A DNA stretch of 64,000 nucleotides from Eledone cirrhosa (taxonomy: Eukaryota), in the NCBI GenBank assembly GCA_964016885.1, contig OZ024745.1, positions 33,976,001 to 34,040,000 of the forward strand, given 5' to 3'. Below the pieces are notes generated by a model. The model made no database searches. It saw only the letters and a list, made by a program, of their open reading frames with translations, and was not told the DNA's origin. The translations under genes and the position numbers were made by a program. Every line of letters starts with the position of its first letter. Position 1 is the stretch's first letter. This document shows positions 14,853 through 26,619 of the stretch, piece by piece.

Positions 14853-15375
14853 TAGGGCGGTGGATTGGCAGTATCGGTAGAGGGTTTGACGCCATGCTTT
14901 CCAGCATAGTTACGTCCCTTTACGATCTGAGTTCAAATCCCGCCGAGGTTGACTTTGCCTTTCATCCTTACGGTGTCGATAAAATAAAGTACCAGTAATG
15001 CACTGGGTAATTGCTGGCCTTGTGCCTAAAGTAGAAACAATTATATTTGCATTATATTTGCACTAAATTGCATTATTGGTGGATAAAATAAAGTACCAGT
15101 AATACACGTAAACTAATATATTTGCATTATATTGCATTACTGGTCGATAAAATAAAGTACCAGTAATACACTGAAATCATTTCTGGCCTTGTGCCAAAAG
15201 TAGAAACAATTATATTGTATCGGTAGAGGATCGGACGCCATGCTTTGACATATAGAGTTACGGCCCTTGCCATTCTGAGTTCAAATCCCGCCGGGGTTAA
15301 CTTTGCCTTTCATCCTTCGATAAAATAAAGTACCAGTAATGCACTGGATAATTGCTGGCCTTGTGCTTAAAAGTA
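14853..15375 (+). mobile_element. Tandem cluster of young SINE copies and fragments
   Basis: Full copy 14853-15043 flanked by tatatttgcatta repeats; partial copies at ~15075, ~15140 and ~15218. Confidence 0.88.
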
Positions 15376-15673
15376 CATTGTAGTGTTGGCTATACATGCA
15401 CCCCCCCCCCATATATATGAGAATGATGGTGCGATAGATCAATGAATTTTTCCTAACAAATTTCTTAATATCATGAGTATTGTGTTATTGTATTTTACTT
15501 TATTTCTCCGTATACCATCTTATATATATAACACATAACACATATGCAAAAACATATATATATATATGCATAAGCTAAGCTCAAAATAATAGTAGATTCA
15601 AGAAACACAGAGAGAGAGAGAGAGAGAGAAATGAGGTGCAACAGAAATGAAACACTAACGGTAGGTACTAGAA

Positions 15674-15830
15674 ACGGTGGAGATTCTGTCCTTGGGTTCA
15701 ATCCTGGTCAAGAGGTACATGTACCCTTTTTTCAGTTTTTATTTTACAACCAATAGAAAAAAAACTGAAAAGGTTTTCCAGGAACCCTCCTCCCGACCAG
15801 GATCGAACTTCAGACCAGGATCACCACCGT
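15674..15830. repeat. Imperfect inverted repeat with tRNA B-box-like motifs
   Basis: acggtggagattctgtccttgggttcaatcctggtcaagagg vs cctcccgaccaggatcgaacttcagaccaggatcaccaccgt; inner ttttcagttttt/aaaaactgaaaa. Confidence 0.6.
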
Positions 15831-16221
15831 CTATGATTCCTCCAACTAGGTCTCCGTGACAGCCGCAAAGGTATAATGAAAATTGATATTATAAACCTAC
15901 TTTCAAAATCAAAATTAAAAAGATGCGGTGTCGTTCATTGCTTTCCTAGAGCTATTAGTAATATTTAGGGTCGACTTCTGGTCGTTATTTAAAGTCTCTG
16001 GATTTCGCAAAACGCATAATATTTTTTATGGGAGAAGGTAAGATATTTTTCCGCAAAAATTTGATTGCACTGTTTTGTTTCTACATATGTATTTTTCGAA
16101 AATATTATTTATTCATTATAAAAATTAAATAATAGCATTCTCTATGTAGGTGGGCTCCCTTCATGTCCTGGCAACCAATATTTTTAGACCCAGTTCGCCA
16201 CTGTATATTTATATATATATA

Positions 16222-17135
16222 CGAGGTGTGTCAGAAAAGTTCCAGGACTGATGTCACAAAAGATTTATTTCAAACCCAAAATTCACACTAAGAGTTTTCT
16301 CCTACAAAATTATCCCCTGGAGTATGTAACTGTAATCTTAGCTCTCTGCAGTGATCAAACTTTTTCTTCATGATTTTATATACATGACCTCTGTTTCAGG
16401 TCATCAAGCAATGAGCACGGAGCATCGAACAAACTTGAAGTTTCTGGTACGGTTGGGGAAAACTCCGCCAGAAACACTGGGATTGCGGCAGCAAGTGTAT
16501 GGAGATGAGACGATGTCACGCTCACGTGTTTTTGAGTGGTGCAAGAGGTTTAAAGAAGGACGCGAGGACGTGGAAGATGACCTCAGGAGCGGAAGGCCCT
16601 CAACAACCAGGACTGAGGTCAACGTTGAACGTGTCAGGCAGATGGTGCGTAGTGATCGTCGGCTAACTGTTCGACTGATGGCAAATGAGCTGGGCATGAA
16701 TCGGGACAGCGTCGGGAAGATTCTCACTGAAGATTTGGACATGCGGAAAGTCTGCGCGAAGATGGTGCCAAAACTGCTGAACGATGACCAGAAGGGTCGA
16801 TGCATGCAAGTGTGCCAGAACATCCTCGAGCGTCTTGAAACCGAACCAGACTTGCTAGGGACAGTCATCACCGGTGATGAGTCATGGATCTTCGAGTACG
16901 ACCCGGAGGGGACCCCTTTTGAAGACGTGGACGATATCAAAAGGGCCGTGACGACGGAACTGCGGATGATCCCGGAAGAATCCTTCCAGGAGTGCATGCA
17001 AGCGTGGCAGAAAAGGGTAGAAAAGTGCATTAGACTCCAGGGGGATTACTTTGAAGGAGAAAACTCTTAGTGTGAAGTTTGGGTTTGAAATAAATCTCTT
17101 GTGACATCAGTCCTGGAACTTTTCTGACACACCTC

Positions 17136-17136
<1 letters not shown>
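16222..17136 (+). mobile_element. Internally deleted mariner transposon (915 bp), ~102-bp terminal inverted repeats, TA target
   Basis: TA|cgaggtgtgtcagaaaagttccaggactgatgtcacaa ... ttgtgacatcagtcctggaacttttctgacacacctcg|TA. Confidence 0.95.
16411..17070 (+). CDS. Mariner transposase, open frame, lacking the 2nd and 3rd catalytic Asp (219 aa from MSTEH)
   Basis: HTH region (LGKTPPET..VFEWCKRFKEGREDVEDDLRSGRP), MVPKLL linker, and TGDESW joined directly to the C-terminal GTPFED..GDYFEG. Confidence 0.85.
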   Translation: MSTEHRTNLKFLVRLGKTPPETLGLRQQVYGDETMSRSRVFEWCKRFKEGREDVEDDLRSGRPSTTRTEVNVERVRQMVRSDRRLTVRLMANELGMNRDSVGKILTEDLDMRKVCAKMVPKLLNDDQKGRCMQVCQNILERLETEPDLLGTVITGDESWIFEYDPEGTPFEDVDDIKRAVTTELRMIPEESFQECMQAWQKRVEKCIRLQGDYFEGENS

Positions 17137-17194
<58 letters not shown>

Positions 17195-17483
17195 AAGTAA
17201 CGAATCGCTGGTATTAATTCAGCGCCCACCGACCAACTCCTAGCTCACTCAATGAATCTGCCGAATTTCAGTAATGCATACATATATATATACATATATT
17301 GAGGCCATTGTCGCAGAATCCATGCCAGCGGCTCTCAGCTCTTGCGAACTTTGACGATAAACGGTTGTGCAATTTTCAGAAGGGAGCAATCTCTAAACCA
17401 CAATGCTCTGCGTGCATTTTCTTCTGCTGAGTTGGCTTGATGTCTGTTATCCATTTAACTGATAAGCTCTGAATATATATATA

Positions 17484-17995
17484 CCGTAAATGTCGACGTG
17501 CAAGTCGATATCTGGAGCCTAAAAAATATCTCTCTAAGACCAGGGATCGACTTGTCCGCCGAACATAAAATGTGAGTCTTTACCCTGAGGGGTAAACATT
17601 GAAACTGCCTGCCTCCACACATACCGTAACTTACCTCAGTTACCCCACAGCCCATCACAATTATTTCCTACTGAATCTCATATTTGTTAAGTCTATTTAA
17701 CGTAGAGATTATAATAATATAAATTACTTGTCGTAGCTCATAGGGTAAGTTACCATTGTTTCGTTAAGGTTAGGCTAGGCTGGTTTACTCTGTAAGTTAG
17801 AACTCACTTGCGACTGAAGTGTTTTAGAAGTGTCTTGGCTTTTAGCGCGCCACTAAATTCTTTTATTTATTTCCCCTAAAATTGCCTTAGTTTTATGGGG
17901 TCGACTTATCCAGTGAATATAGGCCAAAACCTGAATTAAACCTCAGAATTTTAGGGGTCGACCTATGCACCGGATCGACTTGTACGCCGGAATAT

Positions 17996-17999
<4 letters not shown>
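17484..17999. mobile_element. Non-autonomous Tc2/pogo-like DNA transposon (MITE)
   Basis: 26-bp TIRs ccgtaaatgtcgacgtgcaagtcgat / atcgacttgtacgccggaatatacgg (5 mismatches); subterminal ggggtcgac repeats; TA context. Confidence 0.75.
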
Positions 18000-18079
<80 letters not shown>

Positions 18080-18165
18080 CACACACACACACGTATAAAA
18101 AGAAAAGAATGACTTGTAATTCTAAACAATTTGATTTAATTTTATAATATAACATTATGAGTTGG

Positions 18166-18242
<77 letters not shown>

Positions 18243-18735
18243 GCAGGAAATGCGTAAGCTACATAAGACGAACGACAGTTGCATCTATACCTCATCAGCT
18301 GGCAGTGCACTTTCGCGTTTTCAGGTAGCACCGCTCTTGTCGTTCCAAGTTTACACAGCAGATTGTATGACAGATCTGTTGGTGAGATGTATGGAAGAGG
18401 ATAACAAACAAAGACTGCAATAGATAAGGTTGTTTTATAAGATTATGAATAAATTGATAACAGACAGTGCATATATGTATACAAAACAAGACGCCATGAT
18501 ATCCTCGTACACATAGTTGTGTACCCAAAATTACAGTTTTATGATCATTTTAGTGAACATAACTATCGATAAGATCACTAATCGATGGTAGATATGGAAA
18601 TTTAATGATACAAAGTTGCTATTTATTAGTCTGCAAATCAATAATTTTGCTCTTTGAAACGATCGAAAAATAATGGATTAATTAACTACTGCATCTTGCT
18701 TTTCTTTTTCTTTCATTGTTGGACACACACATATG

Positions 18736-18838
<103 letters not shown>

Positions 18839-18881
18839 GTATCTGCATATATATATGTATGTATCTGTATATATATATATA

Positions 18882-18992
18882 TGTGGCTGAGTTGTTAGAG
18901 AACTGGATTCGCAATCGTGAGGTTGTGAGTTCGATTCCTGGACCGGGCGATGCGTTATGTCCTTGAGCAAGACACTTTATTTCACTTTGCTC
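18882..18992 (+). mobile_element. tRNA-head SINE 5' part (second SINE family; other heads at ~6530, 8330, 36125, 51960, 57140)
   Basis: gtggctgagttgttagag..gagttcgattcc..ccttgagcaagacactttatttcac. Confidence 0.75.
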
Positions 18993-19096
18993 CTTCTACC
19001 TGGAGTTGCGACCGATAGATAGTATTAGCAATTGGAAAGACCAATGGAAACACTGTTTCCTCGGTCCGATTTGACGAGAGTCGATCGTTAGGAATA

Positions 19097-19149
<53 letters not shown>

Positions 19150-19204
19150 ATCAGCAAAGAAGAGTGACACGATTTGCTATACAAAAAAGGTTTTTAATCT
19201 CATT

Positions 19205-19310
19205 GCTGACAATTGTTTCTCTGAACTTGTAGGTCTAGAGATCGCTATCCGCTTATTTTCGCGTTACTCGATCGCCAATACAACATTATAACCAGTCAGT
19301 TCATCGGAGC
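19205..19310 (-). ncRNA. Degenerate hammerhead motif with long stem II
   Basis: Minus: gct-CCGATGA-...ttgta..gatcg..cgatc..tacaa...-GAAA-caattg-TC-agc; one core substitution. Confidence 0.5.
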
Positions 19311-19366
19311 TTGCCTGTATATTCTCTTTCATTCTCGCAAGCTCCAATGAACTGACTGGTTATAAT
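19285..19366. repeat. Hairpin, 30-bp arms, 1 mismatch
   Basis: attataaccagtcagttcatcggagcttgc / gcaagctccaatgaactgactggttataat. Confidence 0.92.
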
Positions 19367-19371
19367 TTTGT

Positions 19372-19435
19372 AAACGCGTCCTCCGCTGTTCGTTGTTTTG
19401 AATATTCAAAACAACGAACAGCGGAGGACGCGTTT
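19372..19435. repeat. Perfect 64-bp palindrome
   Basis: aaacgcgtcctccgctgttcgttgttttgaat|attcaaaacaacgaacagcggaggacgcgttt. Confidence 0.95.
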
Positions 19436-19730
19436 CGCACCTCTCCGACAGACAACCTTTCCCCCACCCCGGAAAAAAAACCCAGTTGATGGATGTGGAT
19501 CCGAAATATATAGGGACAATTAAATCTCTCCCAAGGTAACTCTCTCTCGTGTTGTTATTTTATTTTATTTTATCCTTTATGCTCTTTCCTTTATTCCTCT
19601 ACACGTCCTATACACGCCACGCATCTCAACGTACACCCACTTACATCTCTCTCTCCACCACCGGATCTTGTTACCCGGAGATTTACCCATTTGCATTGTC
19701 GAGGCTTCCAAACGACTTAAAGAAATTTAC

Positions 19731-19733
<3 letters not shown>
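19404..19733. mobile_element. Family D element (inverted copy of ~51235-51557)
   Basis: ~330 bp highly similar to the reverse complement of the 51.2-51.6 kb island; contains GAAACGCGTC on the minus strand. Confidence 0.8.
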
Positions 19734-19784
<51 letters not shown>

Positions 19785-19786
19785 AT

Positions 19787-20040
19787 GCAGAGGTTATATT
19801 TAATTTGTTGGGATTCAACAAGCTTAAACATTTTTATAACTTATATAAAGCACTCAACTATCCAGGAAGCTCCAACCGTTAAGGTTGTCTTTTTTTCCGG
19901 GTATGTCAATATTTATTTATAAAACAAATCTGTATTTTATCTGATGAAAGCGCACCATAATTTTCCTTGGTAGCCCTTGAAATATGTATAATAAAATAAA
20001 TATGGTTTTTCAATATAGTTTCCATTTATTAATATATTGT
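19787..20040 (+). mobile_element. Family B fold-back terminal fragment (diverged)
   Basis: 19787-19860 resembles 27095-27165 (inverted tail); 19900-20040 resembles 25140-25278. Confidence 0.7.
19933..19998 (+). ncRNA. Minimal type I hammerhead ribozyme (family B)
   Basis: tattttat-CTGATGA-aagcgcacca..tggtagccctt-GAAA-tatgta-TA-ataaaata. Confidence 0.7.
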
Positions 20041-20055
20041 ATGTATGTGTATATA

Positions 20056-20148
<93 letters not shown>

Positions 20149-20294
20149 ATGTATATGTGTGTGTGTGTGTGCATGTGTGTTTATCTAAATTTATATTTAT
20201 TCTTTTTCCTTTCCTTCTTCCTTTTCCAGCCTCACTTACATATAGATTATATTTTTGTTTTTAAAATCCACTGTCAATAAATAAACCAGGATTT

Positions 20295-20355
20295 TTTCAT
20301 TCTGATGACTGAAAGCAAATTTTGTTTGCTTTCAAGAAACCACTGGTAAATGAAA
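20295..20355 (+). ncRNA. Minimal type I hammerhead ribozyme
   Basis: tttcatt-CTGATGA-c-tgaaagcaaa(ttttg)tttgctttca-a-GAAA-ccactgg-TA-aatgaaa: 7-bp stem I, 10-bp stem II, GUA site. Confidence 0.8.
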
Positions 20356-20426
20356 TAATTATCTTATGTTTTTTATTACATAACTATATATATATATACA
20401 TACATGTGTGTTTGTGTGTGTGTATG

Positions 20427-20458
<32 letters not shown>

Positions 20459-20800
20459 TGTATATTTATGTTTGTATATATATATGTATGTATATATATA
20501 TGTATATATAATATATGTATATATGTGTATGTAATATATGTCTATCTATCTATCTATATATATATATAAAACAAAGAATGTCTGTGTATCTGTTTCCCTA
20601 AAACTCGAGGACTACCCAACCCTATTTTTTCAAACTTTACACATATAATGCTTATGGTCCTTTTGAGTGTTCTCAGCAAAAGACCTTCAAATTTTCAATG
20701 CCCTAGGGACCGCATTAGGCGATTTAGCGAGATCTTTCTCTTTCTCTTAGTCTTTCTCTTTTTAGATAGATACATAGATATGACGTAGCGCCTTCATAAT

Positions 20801-20832
20801 TGTTTCTACTTTTGGCACAAGGCCAGCAATTA
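20801..20832 (-). mobile_element. 32-bp SINE 3'-end insertion with 12-bp TSD
   Basis: cgccttcataat at 20789-20800 and 20833-20844. Confidence 0.85.
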
Positions 20833-21642
20833 CGCCTTCATAATATCTGTTTGTATGCCTGGCTGTCTGCATTACGACATTATGACGCGATCAGTGTGTG
20901 TGTGTGTATATATATGTATAGTTGGTGTGTATATATATCTTCTTATGCCAGGGAACGTCTTCACGAATCAAACTATCGTCTTTCTGTTTTCCTTCGGTTT
21001 CAACGTTTTTCGAAATATTTACATCTCCGTTCACAGATTGATTTATTTAGTTTCAGAAGATCCCGTTCACGTTGAAATCAGCGATTCTTTGCTGAAACAT
21101 AAATATATTATTTTAATATAGATATTCGTGTACAGATATTTTTGCATACGCAAAAACAAAATATAAACAAACAAAGCTGGCGATTACATAATCACATGCA
21201 TCACTGACAGATACTTTTGCATACACAAAAACAAAATATAAACAAACAAGGCCAACGATTACATCAGTTAGTTTTAGTGTACTTCATACTGCTTTTAGGT
21301 AGAAGATCCCGTTAAGGTTGAAAGCAGCGATTCATTTTCTGCGATCACAGATTGATTTTTTTTAGTTTCAGAAGATCCCGTTAAGTGTGAAAGCAGTCAT
21401 TCTTCGCTTAAACTTTAATCTGTTATTTTAATATATATATATATATATTAGGTATAGGATTACCCAAGATGTAGTAATGGTTAATTACTACACTGGATAT
21501 GGTTGACGTATGGTGAGAGGTTACTCTACGAGTTATGGAAGAATTGTTGAAGAAACTTAGTTCCTGATCCTTCCGTATTCCGGAGTGTATATAAAGAATG
21601 AATAATAACAGGTAGACATCATAAAAAGGTAATTTTTCCGTG

Positions 21643-21754
21643 TGCTTACAAATGTTTCCACGGTGGTACTACAGCCTAGTTATGCTATGTGCAAATTTAC
21701 AAGTATTTGCAGAACTCAAATATCCAATGCTGTGACCACTGTATCCTCAGAGCA
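21643..21754 (-). ncRNA. Type I hammerhead ribozyme with ~85-nt stem II domain
   Basis: Minus: tgct-CTGAGGA-tacagtggt..accaccgtg-GAAA-catttg-TA-agca; GUA site; predicted cut between 21647 and 21646. Confidence 0.75.
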
Positions 21755-22248
21755 GAATGGTAAAATGTACAATGTAAATACCCTTAAGTGGGGTTGTTGG
21801 GGAAGATAGAGTAGAAAAGGAAGAGAGAAAAGTAGGGGAGCGAGAGAGAGAGAGAAAGATATGCAGGGGTTGGAGAAGTAGGAGAGAGTGGTTTGTAGAT
21901 ATCTTAATCAAAATGTTATGGTAGGGGTTTTATTATACTGGTTACTTTTGGAGAGATGCGTTGATAGTTAAGGTCGGAATTATTTATTGCCCCAGAGGGC
22001 AGGTTCATAGATGTGGAGAGTGAGGTAGGCCAAAGGCGAGAGAGAGAGAGAGAGTGTAATGGATGTAGAGAGAGAGGTAGAGAGGGGACAGACGAAGTTT
22101 ATGTGGTGAGTGAACTTTGGGTTTGTAGTAGTAATCTGTGAATTGCACTGAGTTACCATTTATAGTGATAAGCAGTGTATTGTCTTGTAGTGTGGGGGAA
22201 GAGAAGGTGGTTAGCTAGAAAGCGATGTTATAGTTACGGGTTCGAATG

Positions 22249-23618
22249 TTAAGTTATTTTATAGTGAGAGAATTTAGCTTTTAGTTTGTGGTTGCAGTAT
22301 AATGATCGTTCAATTCTATCGTTAAGTAGTTTGTTTTTGGATTTTAATATGTAAAAGAGTTCAAGGTTACATAACCTGCAGTGCTTCAATCCACTCCGAT
22401 ATGCACTTGCACTGGAAAGTATATCCCATTTTAAGGTGAACTGTTGGTTGCGTTCACGGAGTTGCCAGGTCTTGTTGGCGAGCGTGGTCACAAAACGGTG
22501 ATTAGGATGTTTGATTGAGAATCGATGACGGTACCAGCGAGATTTAAACGAGGTGGTGGTAGATCCGATATAATACCATTTCTGGTCGTTCGATTCAACC
22601 GTGCATTGGTAAACAATGTTGGACTTTAGGCATTCATTCTTCAATGGACATCTTTCAGGTAGATGGTAGTTACATTGTTTGTTGTGGGTATACCATGGAT
22701 AGGTTGTGATAGCGGTACAGGTGGATTGTGTAATACCCGTCTCCCATTTAGTGGTTGGGAGGCAGATATTACGTTCTGCCCATCTGTTACTAAAATGTTT
22801 TGTTTTGTAAAGTTGTTTAATTGCCTTAAGTTAAATTTTTTTTATGTATGCTTCAAAGTTTGGTGCCGTGGAGTATGATAGTCTAATAGTTTTAGAGTTC
22901 AGAATTTTGCTGCATTTATGGGAACTAGGGAAATGTTTGTTGATTAACTTAAAGAATGAAAGAGATAGTTTTGTACTAATCGAGGCATTAGAAATAGGAT
23001 TGTACCAGATATACTTTCTACAACGTGATTTATTTGGTGGTGATTTTCTATTATTAGTATGTCTGATAGTACTGTGTGTGTGCGCTTGTATTTTAGTCCC
23101 CCGGTTACGTATTCCTTGATTTCGTGTAGAGCTATGTGTGTTATGGAAATTCCTATCAATGTATTCTATTGTATCCCGGTGGTCGGCCTTCCTTAATGCA
23201 TTATTGTAGTATTCAGCGTGTTTACTAAAAATATCAGAGTTAGACGATAGGCGAGAGATACTAAGAGAAATACTCCGGGAACTGATTTGATCATGGAGAG
23301 TGGGTGGTTTGAGTTAAAGTTAATATACGTAAGGTTCTCATTCATCTTGTGGAAGGGTCGTATCTGTCCGGTATTTAAATTAAGAGTTACATCCAGAAAG
23401 TTTATTACTTTAAGATTGTATTCGTATGTTATTTTTAGACCCAGTTCACTAAAAGATTTTCTAATATTTTTCCGTAGCCTTTCAAGATTTTGGTTATTCA
23501 AGTTATTAACTAATAAGAGCCCGTCATCTCTGTATAACCCCCCCCCCCTGTAGATTACTAAATTTACTATGTAATATATGGGCTATGTAAATTCCCACGA
23601 GATCCGTGACCTCCGCTG
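22249..23618 (-). pseudogene. Penelope RT (YRDD) + GIY-YIG ORF remnant
   Basis: ORF pieces 23193-23501 and 22249-22644 plus manual translation; frameshifts, e.g. in the poly-G at ~23540. Confidence 0.9.
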
Positions 23619-23739
23619 AGTTCTGCAAATACTTGTAAATTTGCACATAGCATAACTAGGCTGTAGTACCACCGTGGAAACATTTGTAAGCACACGGAAT
23701 AAATTACCTTTTTATGATGTCTACCTGTTATTATTCATT

Positions 23740-23833
<94 letters not shown>

Positions 23834-24408
23834 GTGTACAGATATTTTTGCATACACAATAACAGGATATAAACAAACGTATTTATTTCACGAGGCTCGA
23901 TAAGGATAAATATATATAAAATATATAAGAACCCTAGAGCAAATCCCGAGCAACGCCGGGCCATTCTGGTAGTATATATATATATAATTGTTTTTAATTT
24001 TGGAACAAGGCCAGCAATTACGCCTAAGAGAACATTAGTCTACGACTTCTTTTATACCATAAACGTGGTTTTGTCTTTGCGCGTAATTGTTTTTCACCGC
24101 TCCTATTAATGACGTATTATATTCGTTTTTTCCCCGTTCTTTGCCAGCGAACGTTTCCACGAACCAAAGTATCGTCTTCCTGTCTTCCTCCGGTTGCAAA
24201 GTTTTTTTAAATATCCACTTCTGCGTTCACAGATTGACCTTGATAGTTTCAGAAGATCCCGTTAAGGGTGAAAGCAGCGATTCTTTGCTTAAACTTTAAT
24301 CTGTTATTTTAATAAATATATATATATATACAGTATTTACGTATCGAGAGAGAGAAAAAAAGGGGAAGATAGGTGATGCATATAGTTATTTGCCAAGTAG
24401 CGTATATA

Positions 24409-24442
<34 letters not shown>

Positions 24443-24549
24443 ATATATGTATATGTATACGTATATATATATGTACATATATATAATATATGTATATATA
24501 TATGTATATATATATGTACATATATATAATATATGTATATATATATACG

Positions 24550-24616
<67 letters not shown>

Positions 24617-24644
24617 GTATATATATATATATATATATATATAC

Positions 24645-24684
<40 letters not shown>

Positions 24685-24817
24685 GAATATATATATATGT
24701 ATATATATATGTATATATATGTATATATATATATACGTATATATATATACATATATTATATATATATATATGTATATATATGTATATATATATATACGTA
24801 TATATATATACATATAT

Positions 24818-24866
<49 letters not shown>

Positions 24867-24891
24867 GTATATATATATGTATATGTATATA

Positions 24892-24939
<48 letters not shown>

Positions 24940-24983
24940 CAATGATATTAAATAAATGGAAACTATATTTATAAAACCAAATT

Positions 24984-25048
24984 TATTTTATTATATATAT
25001 TTCAAGGGCAACCAAGACAGCATTGGTACGCTTTCATCAGATAAAATA
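24984..25048 (-). ncRNA. Hammerhead ribozyme (family B), left arm
   Basis: Reverse complement of the 25170-25234 motif. Confidence 0.72.
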
Positions 25049-25169
25049 CAAAGTATGTTTTATAAATAGAGACATACCCATGAACATCATACCTTATCGA
25101 TACCGATAAGGTATGATACGATAAGGTATGATTTTCATGGGTATGTCTCTATTTATAAAACATACTTTG

Positions 25170-25234
25170 TATTTTATCTGATGAAAGCGTACCAATGTTG
25201 TCTTGGTTGCCCTTGAAATATATATAATAAAATA
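25170..25234 (+). ncRNA. Hammerhead ribozyme (family B), right arm
   Basis: tattttat-CTGATGA-aagcgtaccaa..ttggttgccctt-GAAA-tatata-TA-ataaaata. Confidence 0.72.
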
Positions 25235-25370
25235 AATATGGTTTTATAAATATAGTTTCCATTTATTTAATATCATTGAATATTTACTTCAGTAACTGTT
25301 GAGTGCTCTAAATCAGTTATAAACACTTAAGTTTGTCGGACTTCCAACAAATTAAATACAACTTCTACTT

Positions 25371-26465
<1,095 letters not shown>

Positions 26466-26619
26466 TGGTGGCTGCCAACTCGTTTTCGAGTACGGCCACT
26501 ACTTTATATCCATGTAGGAGAACTCCTACCAATGCGCTGAACGAGTGTGACTTTTTAGTCCAGCCAGCGACTTGAAAACTCTGGTACAAACACTACACTT
26601 GTGACAATTATTGACACAT

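Larger units (their letters stand above)
21449..23745 (-). mobile_element. Penelope-like element 2 (5'-truncated, disrupted) with inverted pLTR
   Basis: SAEVTDLVG..GLYRDDGL..NFLDVTLNL..NSNHP; IWYNP..KHFP..LSYS; IVYQC..YIGSTTTSFKSRW..CRLC; 23617-23747 inverts 21588-21718; (AT)n flanks. Confidence 0.92.
20553..23972 (+). mobile_element. Non-autonomous Helitron-like element hosting nested insertions
   Basis: 5' TCTATATATAT..AAA..gaatgtctgtgt..aactcgag..ccaacc; 3' hairpin cccgagcaacgccggg then ctgGTAG|t (CTAG variant); internal repeats also at ~7237 and 24140-24320. Confidence 0.6.
24940..25278. repeat. 339-bp near-perfect palindrome (family B fold-back), ~160-bp arms
   Basis: Arms 24940-25099 and 25119-25278; cgataaggtatgat is duplicated at the tip; the forward arm continues to 25371. 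Confidence 0.95.

Noticed and set aside
14853-15375. CRISPR-like or tRNA-gene array
   Set aside because: Repeats are SINE cores with conserved intervening sequence; no cloverleaf, no cas genes, eukaryotic context.
16404-17030. 208-aa minus-strand ORF
   Set aside because: Antisense shadow of the mariner transposase.
18270-18330. CTGATGA (minus) near a GAAA
   Set aside because: Would need a G at the cleavage position and has no workable stem I.
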